From contig NC_068991.1 in NCBI RefSeq assembly GCF_001194135.2, positions 42,620,071-42,684,070 of the forward strand: a stretch of 64,000 nucleotides of DNA, given 5' to 3'. The stretch is from Octopus bimaculoides (lineage: Eukaryota). The stretch's first letter is position 1; each line of letters opens with the position of its first letter. Position numbers and translations under genes: made by a program. The notes under the pieces were generated by a model. That model had not been told where the DNA came from. It saw only the letters and a list, made by a program, of their open reading frames with translations, and ran no database searches. This document shows positions 27,675-41,651 of the stretch, piece after piece.

Positions 27675-29567
27675 GTACTCTTTGATCTCAGCCAAATGGC
27701 CAAGATATGAATGCGTGTCTATTTGAGTTTCCATCAATTTTTCCCATTCACTAGTCTGAACATGGTATGGCTTGATCTATCTAATGCATATGCCTCAGTG
27801 CCACACAAATTACTGATGAGAGCCATGGACCACTTCCAGATTGCAGACAAAGTAAAAAGATTAATGAGGATATATTATAACAGTTTTGAGATGAGGTTTA
27901 TAGCTGGAAATTTTACAACAGATTGACACCGATTGGAGATTGGCATTGCTGCTGGCTGCGCAGTATCTGTTATGTGGTTTATCTTAGTCATGGAGATGAT
28001 TTTGAAAGCAGTGGACTTTTTGGAAAAAATCGCCCATGTTCAATCACCTAAGAAGGCCTTCATGGATGACGTGACACTTCTATCAACAGAGGTTAGACAA
28101 GTTTGTGAAGTGGTCAAGGATGCGATTCAGAACAAAGTCGCATAGTCTGACATTTAATAAGGAAGTGCAAAGAGAATTCAAGTTTCAAATAGTCAAGGAA
28201 GAACCCGTTAAGAGCTTAGGGTGAGTATATGCCGGAACATTGTCATGTAGGAGTCATAGGATGAACATTATGAAACAAGCCAAGGTTGGATTAACAGTAA
28301 TTGACAACTCAAAGCTGCCAGGTAGATTTAAAATTTGGTGCTTACAGTTCAGCTTGTATCTGTGACTTTCGTGGCCACTTTTAATATATGAAGTAGCACT
28401 GTCACAAGTTCAAATTATTGAACAAAAATGTAATGTGTTCACTAGAAAGTGGCTAGGCCTACCTCGGATGTTGAACAATTCAGCTCTATGTCGTAAAAGA
28501 GGCTCATTGCAGTTACTGCTAGTGTCAATAGTTAAAATTTATCAACTAGGGAAGGTAAATGGTGATGATGCTGAGAGAGTTAAAAAACATAGAAATCAGG
28601 TGTAATCCACCAAATGTAAAAACGACCAGGAAGTGGAAAGCTGAAGCAGAGACTGATGACATTCTGTCTTACCGAGAGATGGTAGGTGCAACACAAATTC
28701 ATTGGAAGGGACTTGGTTTTGGCGCAGATTGGTTCAGACCATTTGCAAGTATGATGCAGAGCAAACGCAAATCTGTTGTTAGTAACAGCGTCAAAACAAG
28801 GGAAACAGAAAGAGAAGAGAGCTTCATTTAATCCAATGCACTCAACAAGAGCAGATGACGAGATGGGAGGAACATGTTGAGAGAAAAATAAGTCAGAATG
28901 AAATATGGAGGTGGACTACATCTTGGCTAATTTTTGTGATTCATTCATCCTATGATGTCTTGCCATCGTCTACAAATCTAGTAAGCTGGAATGTCTCAGA
29001 GAATGATATACAAATGCAGAAAGGTCGGAACACTGAAATATAATCTTTCCAGCTGTTCACTAGCATTGAATAGATATACATGGAAACACAACCTGGTCCT
29101 TAAGATTATCTTCAAGGCTATAAAGAAACAAATTGCTTTCATCAACAGTGGAAAAAAAAAACATTGAAAGGACCAACCAGAGATTTCATTACCTTCATGC
29201 ACTCAGGACAGCAGATCTGTGTTGAGGAAGAAACTTCCTGTGAGCGTTGAAAAGTAGAACGGCTATTGGGAGGTGGCTGCAGATTTACCAGGGTGCCAAA
29301 GATTCTTTCCCATTCCATAATACAGATTTTATGATTTAGCAGTCCTTGCATGGAATTTTTGTTTCTTTTTTTTAGACAAATATTACGCTGATGAGATTCA
29401 TATACATAAATGTGAATTTTTATAAATTCACTAGTGAATATGAGTTGAAACAAAAATTGTAGGATATATATTTGTTTTAATTATTTATTATATTATATCT
29501 TTTTATAGTATAATTATATTATAATGTTAATAAATTTTTAATATGTCAATTATATTTGTCTATTTCC

Positions 29568-29645
<78 letters not shown>

Positions 29646-32600
29646 GCACACACATATAATGTGTGTGTATGTATACAACACTATTAGGTATCTGAGTAAA
29701 TTCATTCTATATAAGAGAATATTTCTAGCTTTGCTCTGAAACAATTTCAACATTCTAAATCCTGATGAGAACTGCATCAAAGCTGAACAGAACCCACCTA
29801 AGTTGTAGCTATGAGCAGTCTGTAGTTAGATCTTCATATTTCTCAGAAGTAAGTTTTGAAATATTTCCTTAAGTAGACAGCTTCATGTGCTCCATAATGT
29901 GATTTGCACTCAATACATCAGTAGATCTGTAGGTTTCCCTTAGGAGTGGTAATTCTGAAAAATTTTTATTTGCAACAATATTTTGTTCTCATATAGTGTA
30001 ACTAATCTCTTAGTTTAGAAATGTGATTTTATAACGAGCAAAATTATTGTTCTGTTCCGGTGGTATTGTATAAACATATTAAGAGATGCGTTATTGATTC
30101 ATGACATCACTCTTATCAGGTTTTAAATAGAGTATACAGTTACCAGATTTCATTCCAAGAAGGTCAGATTTGGTAGAACATTGTATTTTATTTTTTTTAT
30201 CCATATTTGATTCATATATTTTGTGCTTTGTTTGCGCGTGCGTTTTATACACTGGCAGAGGTTTTGTTATATTAATACATAGTTATAAAATAAGCATGAA
30301 TAATGGCCATTTTAAGTATTATAAGGAATAGTCACTGGAGTTATTTCCCTTGCAGCTGCAACGCAGAAGAAACGAAACAACCGGAACCCCCCGTCCAGAC
30401 CTCCGCTGTTCGAAGACACAAGTAGCCAACAAGCTCCTTATGGCTATCCAAATGAAGGTAACAAAAAATAAAAGATAATAATACAGACAATGATAATTAC
30501 AATAAAAAAGATATAAGTATTATAAATGTTAACGTTATAAAATTAACTAGCATGCCTGTCTCTTCTATGTAAGTCTGTTTCTTGATGTATTTTCTTTTAG
30601 AACTGTTTAATCTGTTGTGTTTTCCCCTCTCACTGTAGGGAAACTGTTGAGGAAAGAAAAGATTCATTATCATAATTTTCATTGTAGATATTTATTTTAA
30701 GTTATAATTCTTTAAAAAAAAAAAGTTAAAATAGCATGAATTAACTCCCTTATATTTGTTCTCCGTCTCTCGTTTCTGCAAAGCAGAAATATTTCAACTT
30801 AGATAAAGAGCCGTAAATTAACAGAATCGTCAGAGCATCGGGCTAAATACCTTGCGATATTTCTTACGACTCTTCACGCTCTGAGTTCAAATCCTGCCTA
30901 GGCCGACTTTGACTATTTATCCTTCCTGCAGAGATAAAAGTACCAGTCAAGTATTGGTGTTGAAAGTATCAACTAACCCCTCCCCTCAAACATTCCTGGT
31001 CTTTCGCCTGAATTAAAAACCTTCATTTCAACTTGGATAAACCTTTAGCTCTACAGACTGTGGGCATGCTGAGGCACCACTTTGAATGGTTTTAGTTGAA
31101 CAAATAAATCCCAGTACTTATTTTATTGGTCTCATTCGTCGAACTGCTAAGTTAAAGAGACGTAAACAAACCAGCACTGGTTGTCAAGCGGTGTTGGAAG
31201 ACATACATAGATACATACAACTTATATATATCCTTATCAAAGTACTGCTTTTATGCAAGTGATGTCACACTTCCTCTGATTCAACAAGAGCTTTAAAGTT
31301 CTCGGTTGTTTACCCATGATTAGGAGGTCCTTTTCTGTGATTATATTTAACTCGGTTCCGCTGGACTTAAATTCCACTGGACTTAGATCCCACTGGACTT
31401 AGATTCCACTGCACTTCCACTCAATCCCAACGATTACACCTGTTTTCCTGCTTCTCTCAGCTTGTTTCGAATTTATGTATAATTCTCTGTCTAACTACAT
31501 GGCACCCTGGGCAAGTGTTTTCTACTTGGGCCCCAGGCTAATCAAAGCCTTGAGAGTGGATTTTGGTAGACAGAAACTTAAAGAAGCATGTCATATATAT
31601 ATGTATATGTTATATGCATCTGTGTGTGTATCTGTATTTGTTCCCCATCACCACTTGATAACCAGTGTTGGTTTGTTTACATCTCAAATGTAAACAAATC
31701 AGTATTCTATTGGTCTTTTTGGCAAAAGAGACCAATAGAATAAGTACTAGAGTCAATTCATTCAACTAAAACCATTCATGGTGGTGCCCCAGCATGGCTT
31801 TAGTCTAATGACTGAAACAAGTAAAAACATTGAAAGCTCCACTGATATTTTCCATACCTACATCCAACAATATTGTATTTATTAACTTTCTCTTTTTCTT
31901 GTTATTAGGTTACCCACCCAACTCTGGGCCAAACCCCTATGGACAGCAACCCCCCAATATCAATTTCCCTGGAGGCCAACTACTCAATGACCCAATGGCC
32001 TCTATGGCAATGCAATATGGATCTTCACTTGCCGATCAAGGAAAAGAATACATGCATAAAAATGTATGGAATATCTTTATGTTTCCATTGCTATCACTAC
32101 TATTGTTGTCACCATCACACTACCACCATTATTATTCATTAACATTACTGTTACCGCCATCATCAGTCAATAACAATGCTATCATTACCACCATCATCAT
32201 GATGAGTCAATAATAATGCTGTCATTACCATCGTCATCAGTCATTAACATTACTGTCATTACTTTCACTATCATTAGTTAGTGACCGTGCTGTCATTAGC
32301 ACCACCATCATCAATCATTAACATTACTGTCATTACCATCTTCATTAATCATTAACACTACTGTTATCATCATCAACATTACTGTCACAACTATCTTCAT
32401 CATCAGTCATTAACATAACTGATACTTTGACCACCAGCATCATGAGTCATCATCAGTCACTAATATGACTCTTACTACCACTTCTTATATGAGATAGCCT
32501 CTATGTGGTTACTCGGCCTGTTAGAAATAGCAACTCAGATCTTACCATTATAGGAAAGGTCACAACAATTAATATGGTCCTGGGTTCCCTGCAGGTAGAG

Positions 32601-35600
32601 GAAAAGAAGGAATGATCACAGCTTGATGCTTTGGTCATGGGTTTGTTAGATTAGGGTGGACCTAGAGTTAAACAGCAACAATTTTTTGTTGAAAAACTAT
32701 TTATTTCTGTTGCTAAATCTGTTAGGGAAGTCAGGAAACAAATTTCTGATCCATTATTTAAAAGAATTTTAAAACTTTATGCAAGTAGTAGTAGTCAGTT
32801 TAATGGACTGTTGACCCAACACTGCCACATCTCCTTAATTTATGATCTTAGGCCAATGTTAGAAATCTTTGATTTATTTTTCTTCTGTCTCAGGTGGTGG
32901 AGATAATGAAGACAGTATAACACCTAACATAAAGATTTATAGCATATATAGATTATTTTTATTTATGCTCAGTGTTATGTTTGGTAATATTATCTGTTGT
33001 ATTTATATTTTATTATCTGTTATATATACATATCATCACCATCATCATCATCATCATTTAACATCTCTTTTTCATGCTGGTATGGGTTGGATGGTTTGAC
33101 AGGAGCTAGCAAGCCAGAGGGCTGCACCTAGCTCTAGTTGCCTTTTGGCATGGTTTTGTACAGCTGGATGCCTTTCCTAATGCCAACTACTTTACAAAGT
33201 GTACTAAGTGTTTTTTATGTGGCACCATTACCAACAAGATCACCAAGTACTTTGAGAAGCAAAAACTCCTAAACTGGAAGGGAGGACAAGGATTGAGGGT
33301 GGTGACTTTATGCCAGTTGAGAGATCAAAGGTATAGAGAGAGGGACAGTGATAGGTGTCATGCTATAGAGTAGCTACATAATTATCCCAGTTTGAAAAGA
33401 AAGTAGAGTGAGTTACAGAGTAAGATAAAGAGAGCAATGGTGAGAAAGATGTGTTGGAACCTGTCCTCGAGGGATATTGGGAGTGATGAGAATAGATGAG
33501 GTAATACTGAGGTTTGAACTGGGTAGGATAGAGGGGACTAGCAAATAGTGGAGAGAATTATAGGAGAGGCTTGGGGACTGGGTTTGTGGTAGATATGTGA
33601 AGTTATATTAACTGAGTGTTTAATACCTATAGTTATTAACATATTTAGGCCAGATGAAAATAGACATGGCTATGAATTCCAAGCTAAAGGCCACATATTT
33701 CTGCTTAATAGATTTTTTGTTTTATCTTAAGTAAAAGACATGATCATGCAGATTTAAATTTTATTGTTTAATGTTAAAATAACTTCTCTTTTACAGATAG
33801 AAAAGTATGTCTCCACGTCCAAACTGAAATACTATTTTGCAGTGGACACCAGTTACGTTGGCAAGAAACTCACTCTTCTCCTATTCCCCTACTCACATAC
33901 AGTAAGTTGCTAACAACAGAAAGAATATTTTTCAATATATTAACATAAAATATGCAGATAGTAATGGCCTATCACCATGTAGCTTATTGAGTCACAAATT
34001 TATATCTTAATGCAAGTTTATCATTGTTTTCTAGAGGCTTTCCTTTGCAAACATCTTATACTTAATTACTCCTATTTAAAATTTTTTATTTTATTTCTTT
34101 ACTGTTGTAGAGCAATAGAGTTACTACAGGGTGTGGAAACCGACTAAGTTTTTAAAGCTACTTAACATACTTCTAAGGTTAATTGTGATGTACCTTTTTG
34201 TTTCTGAACCTGCTATTATTTGTAATTTTTCTCTATTCCCAATAATTGGAAGTAAAATTTATAACATTATCCAGATTATTTGAAAAATAAAATAGAACTC
34301 ACTATTGATAATAATATCTCCTTTTTAACCATAAGTTAAATGTAATTAAACGTAGTGCTAAAATTGTTTCTTTCTTAATAATCGTTTCAGTAAAAGTTTC
34401 AGAAATTGTACATCTTAGTTTAAAAATATGTCTGATCTATTGGTAAGATAACTGCATTTCTAGTGAAGGATACTTTATAGCTGTGGTTCTTTATCTTTTG
34501 TAGCTTAGTGCCATTTTCATGAAATACCAAAAGAAAAGCCATTTTATTTTATTTTAATGGCTAATTTTGTATAGTAGTATATTATTCCACCTAGTATGTA
34601 TTTCATTTTGAGATGATTGCATGGGTTATTTGAAACTTTTATGAAAATTACTAAAGAAGATGCTGACTTTTAGAATGAAATTATATTGGGCTTTGGTACT
34701 TCATCAGTCAGATTTCGGCATACAACACAATATCCTACTCCTATTATAATCCAGAGAATTTTTTTTTTTTAAGTGTTTAAAATAAGTAGTATTCCTGATT
34801 TAAATATTTTATTTCTAAGAAAACTTCTAACAACTCTAAACACCCTGCTCGTCTTTGCGAGTTCACACTGCCCCAAGGGTGTGTTACTGCTCAGGTTTAA
34901 CCACTGCTCTCAGTCTGAAAATATTTACTCTCAAAGCTACATGAACCAAAACACAGTTATCTGATTTTTCAAGAAAATTAAACATCTGTAAGAAATTTGA
35001 ATTTTTGACATATGAGTTTGCAGTCCCAAACCATTTTATGTCTGCCACTGACTAATAGTGATATGCAATTTTTTGCAAAACATCAAAGGACTGGAAGAGC
35101 TATTCAATGGAACCCTAATGATATATATTTTGAATTGTATATGATTAATAATCAAGGTTAGTTAAATCTGTTGACTTCAAATATTACACTATGTTCTGAT
35201 CATGTCTTTAGAAGTGAGCATTCTTTGAGTAGACAGTCTATAATGGACCAATTCCTTTAGCTTTGTATGGTTGCATTATCTGAAATAAATTTATAGAAAA
35301 AAGTTTTAAATATTCGTAAATTTTTTTCATATTTTTTCTCCCTCATCTGAAATCTCTATTTTACTTTGCTATCTTTAATTACCAGGATTGGTCAATTCAT
35401 TTTAGTCCAGGGGAACTTGTGGCACCAAAAGATGAGCTTAATGCTCCAGATCTTTACATACCTGGTAAGTAATCTTACTTTCAGATTTGGTTTATAGAAC
35501 AGAATCATGAAACATTTTCTTGCAGTTGTGGAATAGATGAGCTTTAACACTGTACAAAGGAATACTGATATCTGTTGAGATTTATGTTAATCAGATATTT

Positions 35601-38600
35601 ATTCTCTTTGTAAACAAAGAAAAATGTTGTCATTACTTCAATCTACAAAACATCAAGAGAGTTTGAATGTTATTGTTCTTGTGCTTGTAGCAGCAGTCTA
35701 AGTGTGGTTAGTTGGTGCTGGTGTTGCTGTAATCATTTGTCATTGTTTAGTTGCTGTCAGTTTGGGTCAGCTGCTGTTCGTGTCTTTACTGTTGTCTGCT
35801 TGCTGTCTTATCTCTCCTCTCTCTCAATGCTCTCTATCAAGCAGGTAAGGTGTGCTGAATTTATAGTGCGGGATAGGCTCATAGAGAAAGGCTTAAAAAG
35901 ATGGAATTGTTTTGGGAGCCATTTCTAGGCGTAGTCATGATTGGTTAGATTTTTTTTATCACATGGGTAATGTTCTAGCGAATCACAACATCAGATATAG
36001 TTATCTGATTACTGAATATTCCTGCCACATGACTTCCCTGCCATTGACAATTTCCATTCACAGTGAATTGAACAAAATTATGAGAATAGTGCTGGAATTG
36101 CAGATGTGATATGTATAAAAGAAGCATGCATAAGAAAAGGGTGAATGCATGACTAAGAATGTTGGTTAAATTGCACAGTACTGTCAGAAGATATTTTCAT
36201 GCACAATACTGTGCTGTCTCGTACATGAAGTGCTGTACAAGCTTATGGCGCAAAAGTCTGCAAAACCAGGAATGTGAAAAATAAAATTTAAAAGAAAATA
36301 GAATAAACAAACAGTATGCAGGAAAAATTAGAATTGTGGTTAAATGTTAGGCCACCAGAGTATAACTCTAAAAATACTAGGAAAGATCTAGGACTCCTGT
36401 ATGTACATGAGCCAGATGAGTGCAGCTAAATGTGTAACTGAGTGAATGAGTGACTTGTACATAGTTATGTGCATGTACACCAGTGAGTCAGTGTACTGTT
36501 TACCAGTTGGGTGGTAGTTGCATATTCAGGTGCATTTGTGTTGAATACCAGTTTGTCAATATTGTGAACCTATTCAGCTATTCCTGAGCTTAGGAATATA
36601 AGTAGCGAAAGTAGGGTTGCATCTTCTATCCATAGTAACCTTATGCATACTGCTAGTAATGCATGTGTTTGCTAGGTGCTTGTGTGCATGTTGTGCAAGT
36701 GCTGGGTGCTTGCGTGCATGTCGAAATGTGTTCAGATATATGTGTGTATGAGCAGAAAGGAGAAATCAGTAAGAAAAGAGTAATAATCTTGATGATGAAA
36801 ACTTTTTTTTTGTTTTGTACTGCACTGGAGGAAACACAAGTTGACTTATCTCATTCTTGTCACTGGAGCAGATGGAGGCATCAGTGGAAGAATGTGCTGA
36901 TGTCGATGATGTTACAGGTAGCATATTGGCATCTCAGCAGTGTTGCTCAAAACATTTGATGTGCTGAGAAGAAGCTTGATTGGGACACAATCACCTGTGT
37001 GGCATGGCTACAATGGTAGAGAAAAGTTCCTTGTAGAGTGAATTTTCTCAGAGACATATCAGTGTTGTTCATTTGAACTTGCAAGGTGTTGGTAAGCTGT
37101 GTAGTAGCAGTTTTTTATCAACTTGCAGAGCTGCATAATGTCCTATGGACAGAATAATTGGCAATTGTTTCCTGGCTGTGTCATATTCTTTTGTTGGATC
37201 ATCACTGTCATGATAAAGAGGCTGTGAAATGTATTTAAACATTCAAGTCACCATTTGTTACTACTGCTGACTGCCATCTCTAGCATCAGATATCACCAGA
37301 TGTTACATAGAGAAACACTGATAACTGATGAGATTTATGATAAACAAATATTTATTCTTTTCATAAACAAAGGAAAATTTTGTTGTTACAACAAACAGCA
37401 AACCAGTGAGAAAGTTTGAATGTTATTGTTCTTGGTGTGCTTGTAGCAGCAGTCAAAGTGTGGTTTGTTGGTGCTGGTGTTTCTGTCATTGTTCATCATT
37501 GTTTAGCTGCTGTCAGCTTGGGTCAGCAGCTGTCTGCGTCTGTTTGCTGTCTGTCTGCCTTCTCATCTCAGCTGTTTCTCATTGCTCTATGGTTAAGTAG
37601 CTAAGGTGTGATGAATTTATAGTGCCAGATAGGCTCAGAGAGAAAAACATGAAAAGATGTAATTGTTGCTGGAGCCTGGTCCAGGTGAAGTCATGATTAG
37701 TTAAATTTTTTTATCATGTGGGTAATGTTCTACTGAATTACGACATTGGATATATTGATCTGATTGTGGGAAATGTCAATTTGTTTTGTTATTTAAACGT
37801 AGGAAGAATTTTATACACCAAACTGCTACCACAGACCAAATATGAGCTTGTGAAAGAAATAATACATATCCTCGTGAACCTGCAAGAAACAGCAGCCAAA
37901 TCTTGTTCATATCAGACTCCAACTTGTAAGATACATTATGTCTGGGCAAAAGCAGCTAGAGCGCTTTTGATGATAGATTTACTGGATGAAGACTAACCTG
38001 TGGTTAAATAACAATGAGCTAAAATACCCTTGGACTGCATAAAAATGTACTTAATGTTGGTGATATTTTGTTTATTTTGGGGAATATATATAGTAGAGTT
38101 TAGAGAATTTTAATTAGCCAATGAATCCACATTCTTTTGTTTGGACTTTGTATTTCAAATGTTAAGTAATAGAACAAACAACCCAACATAGACAGTGTGA
38201 TTTTGAGTAGGAAGTTAACTTTATGAATAACTAACTTAAAAGCCACACTCCATGCAGATTTTAAGCTAACTCCTGCAGAGGGCTAATTGGGCCTATGGCC
38301 CAAATCTGATAAGAGCTAAATAGCATGACTATAATACATCTATAATGACTATATTCCCTGGTGGTTTTGATCAGAGGTTAAAGACAGATAAGAATTAATT
38401 CTGTAATGCAATCAATCTATTGTTCCAGTACCAAGTTGAATTCTAACTGTTGGCCAGTTTGTCCCAAAGTTCTTATCTTGATATAAAATTAACGAAGTGA
38501 ATGTCATTTATCTTAGAAAAAAGTTGGACATAAGAAGCATGGGATGTGCTGTGCAAGAGAGATGACTGCGCTGGTATGGTCATGTGTTATGTATGGATGA

Positions 38601-41589
38601 AGACAGCTGTGTGAAGAGTCACACCCTAACAGTGGAGAGAACCTGTGGAAGAGGTAGAACCAGGAAGACCTGGGATGAAGTAGTGAAGCATGACCTTCGA
38701 ACATTGGGCCTCACAGAGGCAATGACAAGTGACCAAGACCTTTCGAGATATGCTGTGCTTGAGAAGACCTGGCAAGCCAAGTGATATCGTAGCCATGGCC
38801 AATACTAGTGTTGTATAACTGGCCCATTTAAAAGCACCCATCAATCATCAGGAAATATGCTATGCTTGTGAAGACCTGTTGAACCAAGTGAAATTGTAGT
38901 CATAGTCGATGCTAGTGCTGCCTGACAGGCACCTGTGCCAGGGGCACATAAAAAGCACTATTTAAGTGTGACCGATGCCAGTGCCGCCTGACTGGCACCC
39001 GTACCGGTGGCATGTAAAAAGCACCATTCAAGTGCGGTCAATGCCAGTGCCACATGGCTGGTTCTCATGTCGGTGGCACATAAAAAGCACCTACTGCACT
39101 CTTGGAGTGATTGGTGTTACGAAGGGCATCCAGCTGGAGAAACCTTGCCAAATCAGATTGGAGCCTTGTGCAGCCTCCCAGCTTGCCAGTTCTCAGTCAA
39201 ACCGTCCCACCCATACCAGCATGGAAGGCGGACGTTAAATGACGACGACGATAATGATGATGGAGATAGGAATATGTAAGAGTATCTGAGATGGAGAATT
39301 GAGCCAGGGTTTGTTTTATGATGTATGTTGATAAGTTACCAGGGTCAAAGTGAAGAAAGAAAATTCCACTTCAGGTGGTGTAGACTCTGTTGATAGAGAA
39401 CCTGCTCTTGAAGATATATCCTTTAACCTACATTTATCTATCTTGTTGTTAATTGTTGAAAGCAATTGCATTATTTTGATCTTATTGAGTTAACTTACAA
39501 AGCTATGACTAACACCAATCTTGTATCTTCAACTTTTGCATTTGTTCAAAATTTTTGTTTCGTTTCAGTGATGGCTCTTGTTACATACATTCTCACTGCT
39601 GGTGTAGTGATGGGCATTCAAAACAGGTTTGTACATTCATTGTTTAAATGGCACACTCCTCTATACACATAATAATTGGTCTTTTGTTAGTGAAAGAAAT
39701 TATTATTACCATTAGCACAATGTCAGTGAAGTTAGTAGAAACTAATGTTGTAATAAATTCTTTGTTATATGTAGTTATGTCCCTTCACATACTGAGTTCA
39801 TACCTTGTCAGAACTGATATTTAACTTTCGTTTTTCCAGGGGTCAATAAATTTGGTACTAGGATGGATATAATAGACTATACATTTGTCTCTGAAAATGT
39901 ATGAAGTTATGGAGCTTTTCTTACTGTAACGCCTTGAACTAACATAGAATGTTTACAGTTTTGTGGCACTATAGCTATTTACACTTGTCTCATTCCAACC
40001 ATTCAAGTGGTTGTATTATCTACTCTTTACAAGGTGGCAAACTGGCAGAATTGTTAGCATGCCAGGCAAAATACTTGCCAGCATTTTGTCCATCTTTACA
40101 TTCTTGGTTCAAATTCCACTAAGGTCAACTTTGCCTTTAATCCTTACTGGGTCAATAAATTAAGTACCAGTGAAACACTGGGGTCAATGTAATCAACTAC
40201 CTCTTCCTCCAAAATTTCAGGCTTTGTGTCTTTAGTAGAAAGGATTATTTACTCTTTACCATTTCAAAACAGCAGTCTTAATTAACTAAATTGCTAACGT
40301 GCTAACAAATAGGCTATTTGCCATCATCATCTTTATTTTTCCTAGTATTTGTTTCATAATAATCTTAGTATTAGTAGTACTACATTATTATTACCCTTAT
40401 TTTTATTATTTCTCCTCTCCTTTTTTTTCTCTTTCATTTCCTACTGTTACTGATTTCTCTTTCCATTTATTATTCTTTATTTGAATATTCGTTTTTACTT
40501 TTGTTTATTTGATTATAGTTACTATGATATTGAAATATTGTGGCCCATAGTATTTTCTATATTTGCTACTATGAATATTTGCAATTTACCACTGATCATA
40601 GCTATGTCTTATCAATGATACATGTACCAGTAAGATTGCTTTTATTATTGATGATAGTAATATTGGTTTCAAATTTTGGCACAAGCCAGCAATTTCAGAG
40701 GAGGGGTAAGTCAATTACATTGACCCCAATACTCAACTAGTACTGAAAGGATGAAAGACAAAGTCAACTTTGGTGGAATTTGAACTCAGAGCATGAAGAC
40801 ATAAAATGCCACTAAAGCATTTCACCTGGCATGCTAATGATTCTGCCAGCTTGCCACCCTATTGATGATAGTAATCTTATTGTTATTATTCCTATTTTCA
40901 TCCGTTTTCATCATTATTGATTCCTCCCCAGATACATGTTTGTCACAAAGTGCAAATACACATGACTTTAAGGTAGTCTGATATAACCAACCACACATAT
41001 TGCATAACTTTTCACACAGAATCATTTATGTGCAATGTGGTTGGAAAATTGAGTGGTACAGAAACAATTGTAACTAATGATAAAGTTGTGCTATAGTCAT
41101 TCTTCATCTGCTTCCTTGTATTATATGTTACTCTTCATTGTACTTACATACTGCTTTTACCAGTGAGGTACCTGGAGTTTCTGCACCAGTGAATTTTGAA
41201 TTTTTTTTCAAAGTTACAGTATGAGAGTGTAAATAACCAGGAGTTGGTGTTGAAATGTACCAGCTTTCTACCTTATCGGGACCTACACCATCCATCCATC
41301 TATCTATTTATCTATAGATACATATATACATATATGTTGTACCTACACTTATTTTAATTTCCAGATTTACTCCGGAGCAGCTTGGAATTCAAGCAAGTTC
41401 AGCTTTAGTGTGGCTTATACTGGAACTGTTTATCGTTATGCTCAGCTTGTACATACTCAACTTGAATACTGGCCTCAAATATCTCGACACCCTTGCCTAT
41501 TCAGGGTATAAATATGTAGGGTGAGTATTTTTTATTGATTACTGTGAATAAACTGTACAAAATGTGATGTATGTACATATATATGTGTG

Positions 41590-41651
<62 letters not shown>

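Noticed and set aside
31830-32213. 127-aa ORF as a stand-alone gene
   Set aside because: Only 31909-32063 is YIF1 exon 3; the rest is intron read-through into low-complexity sequence.
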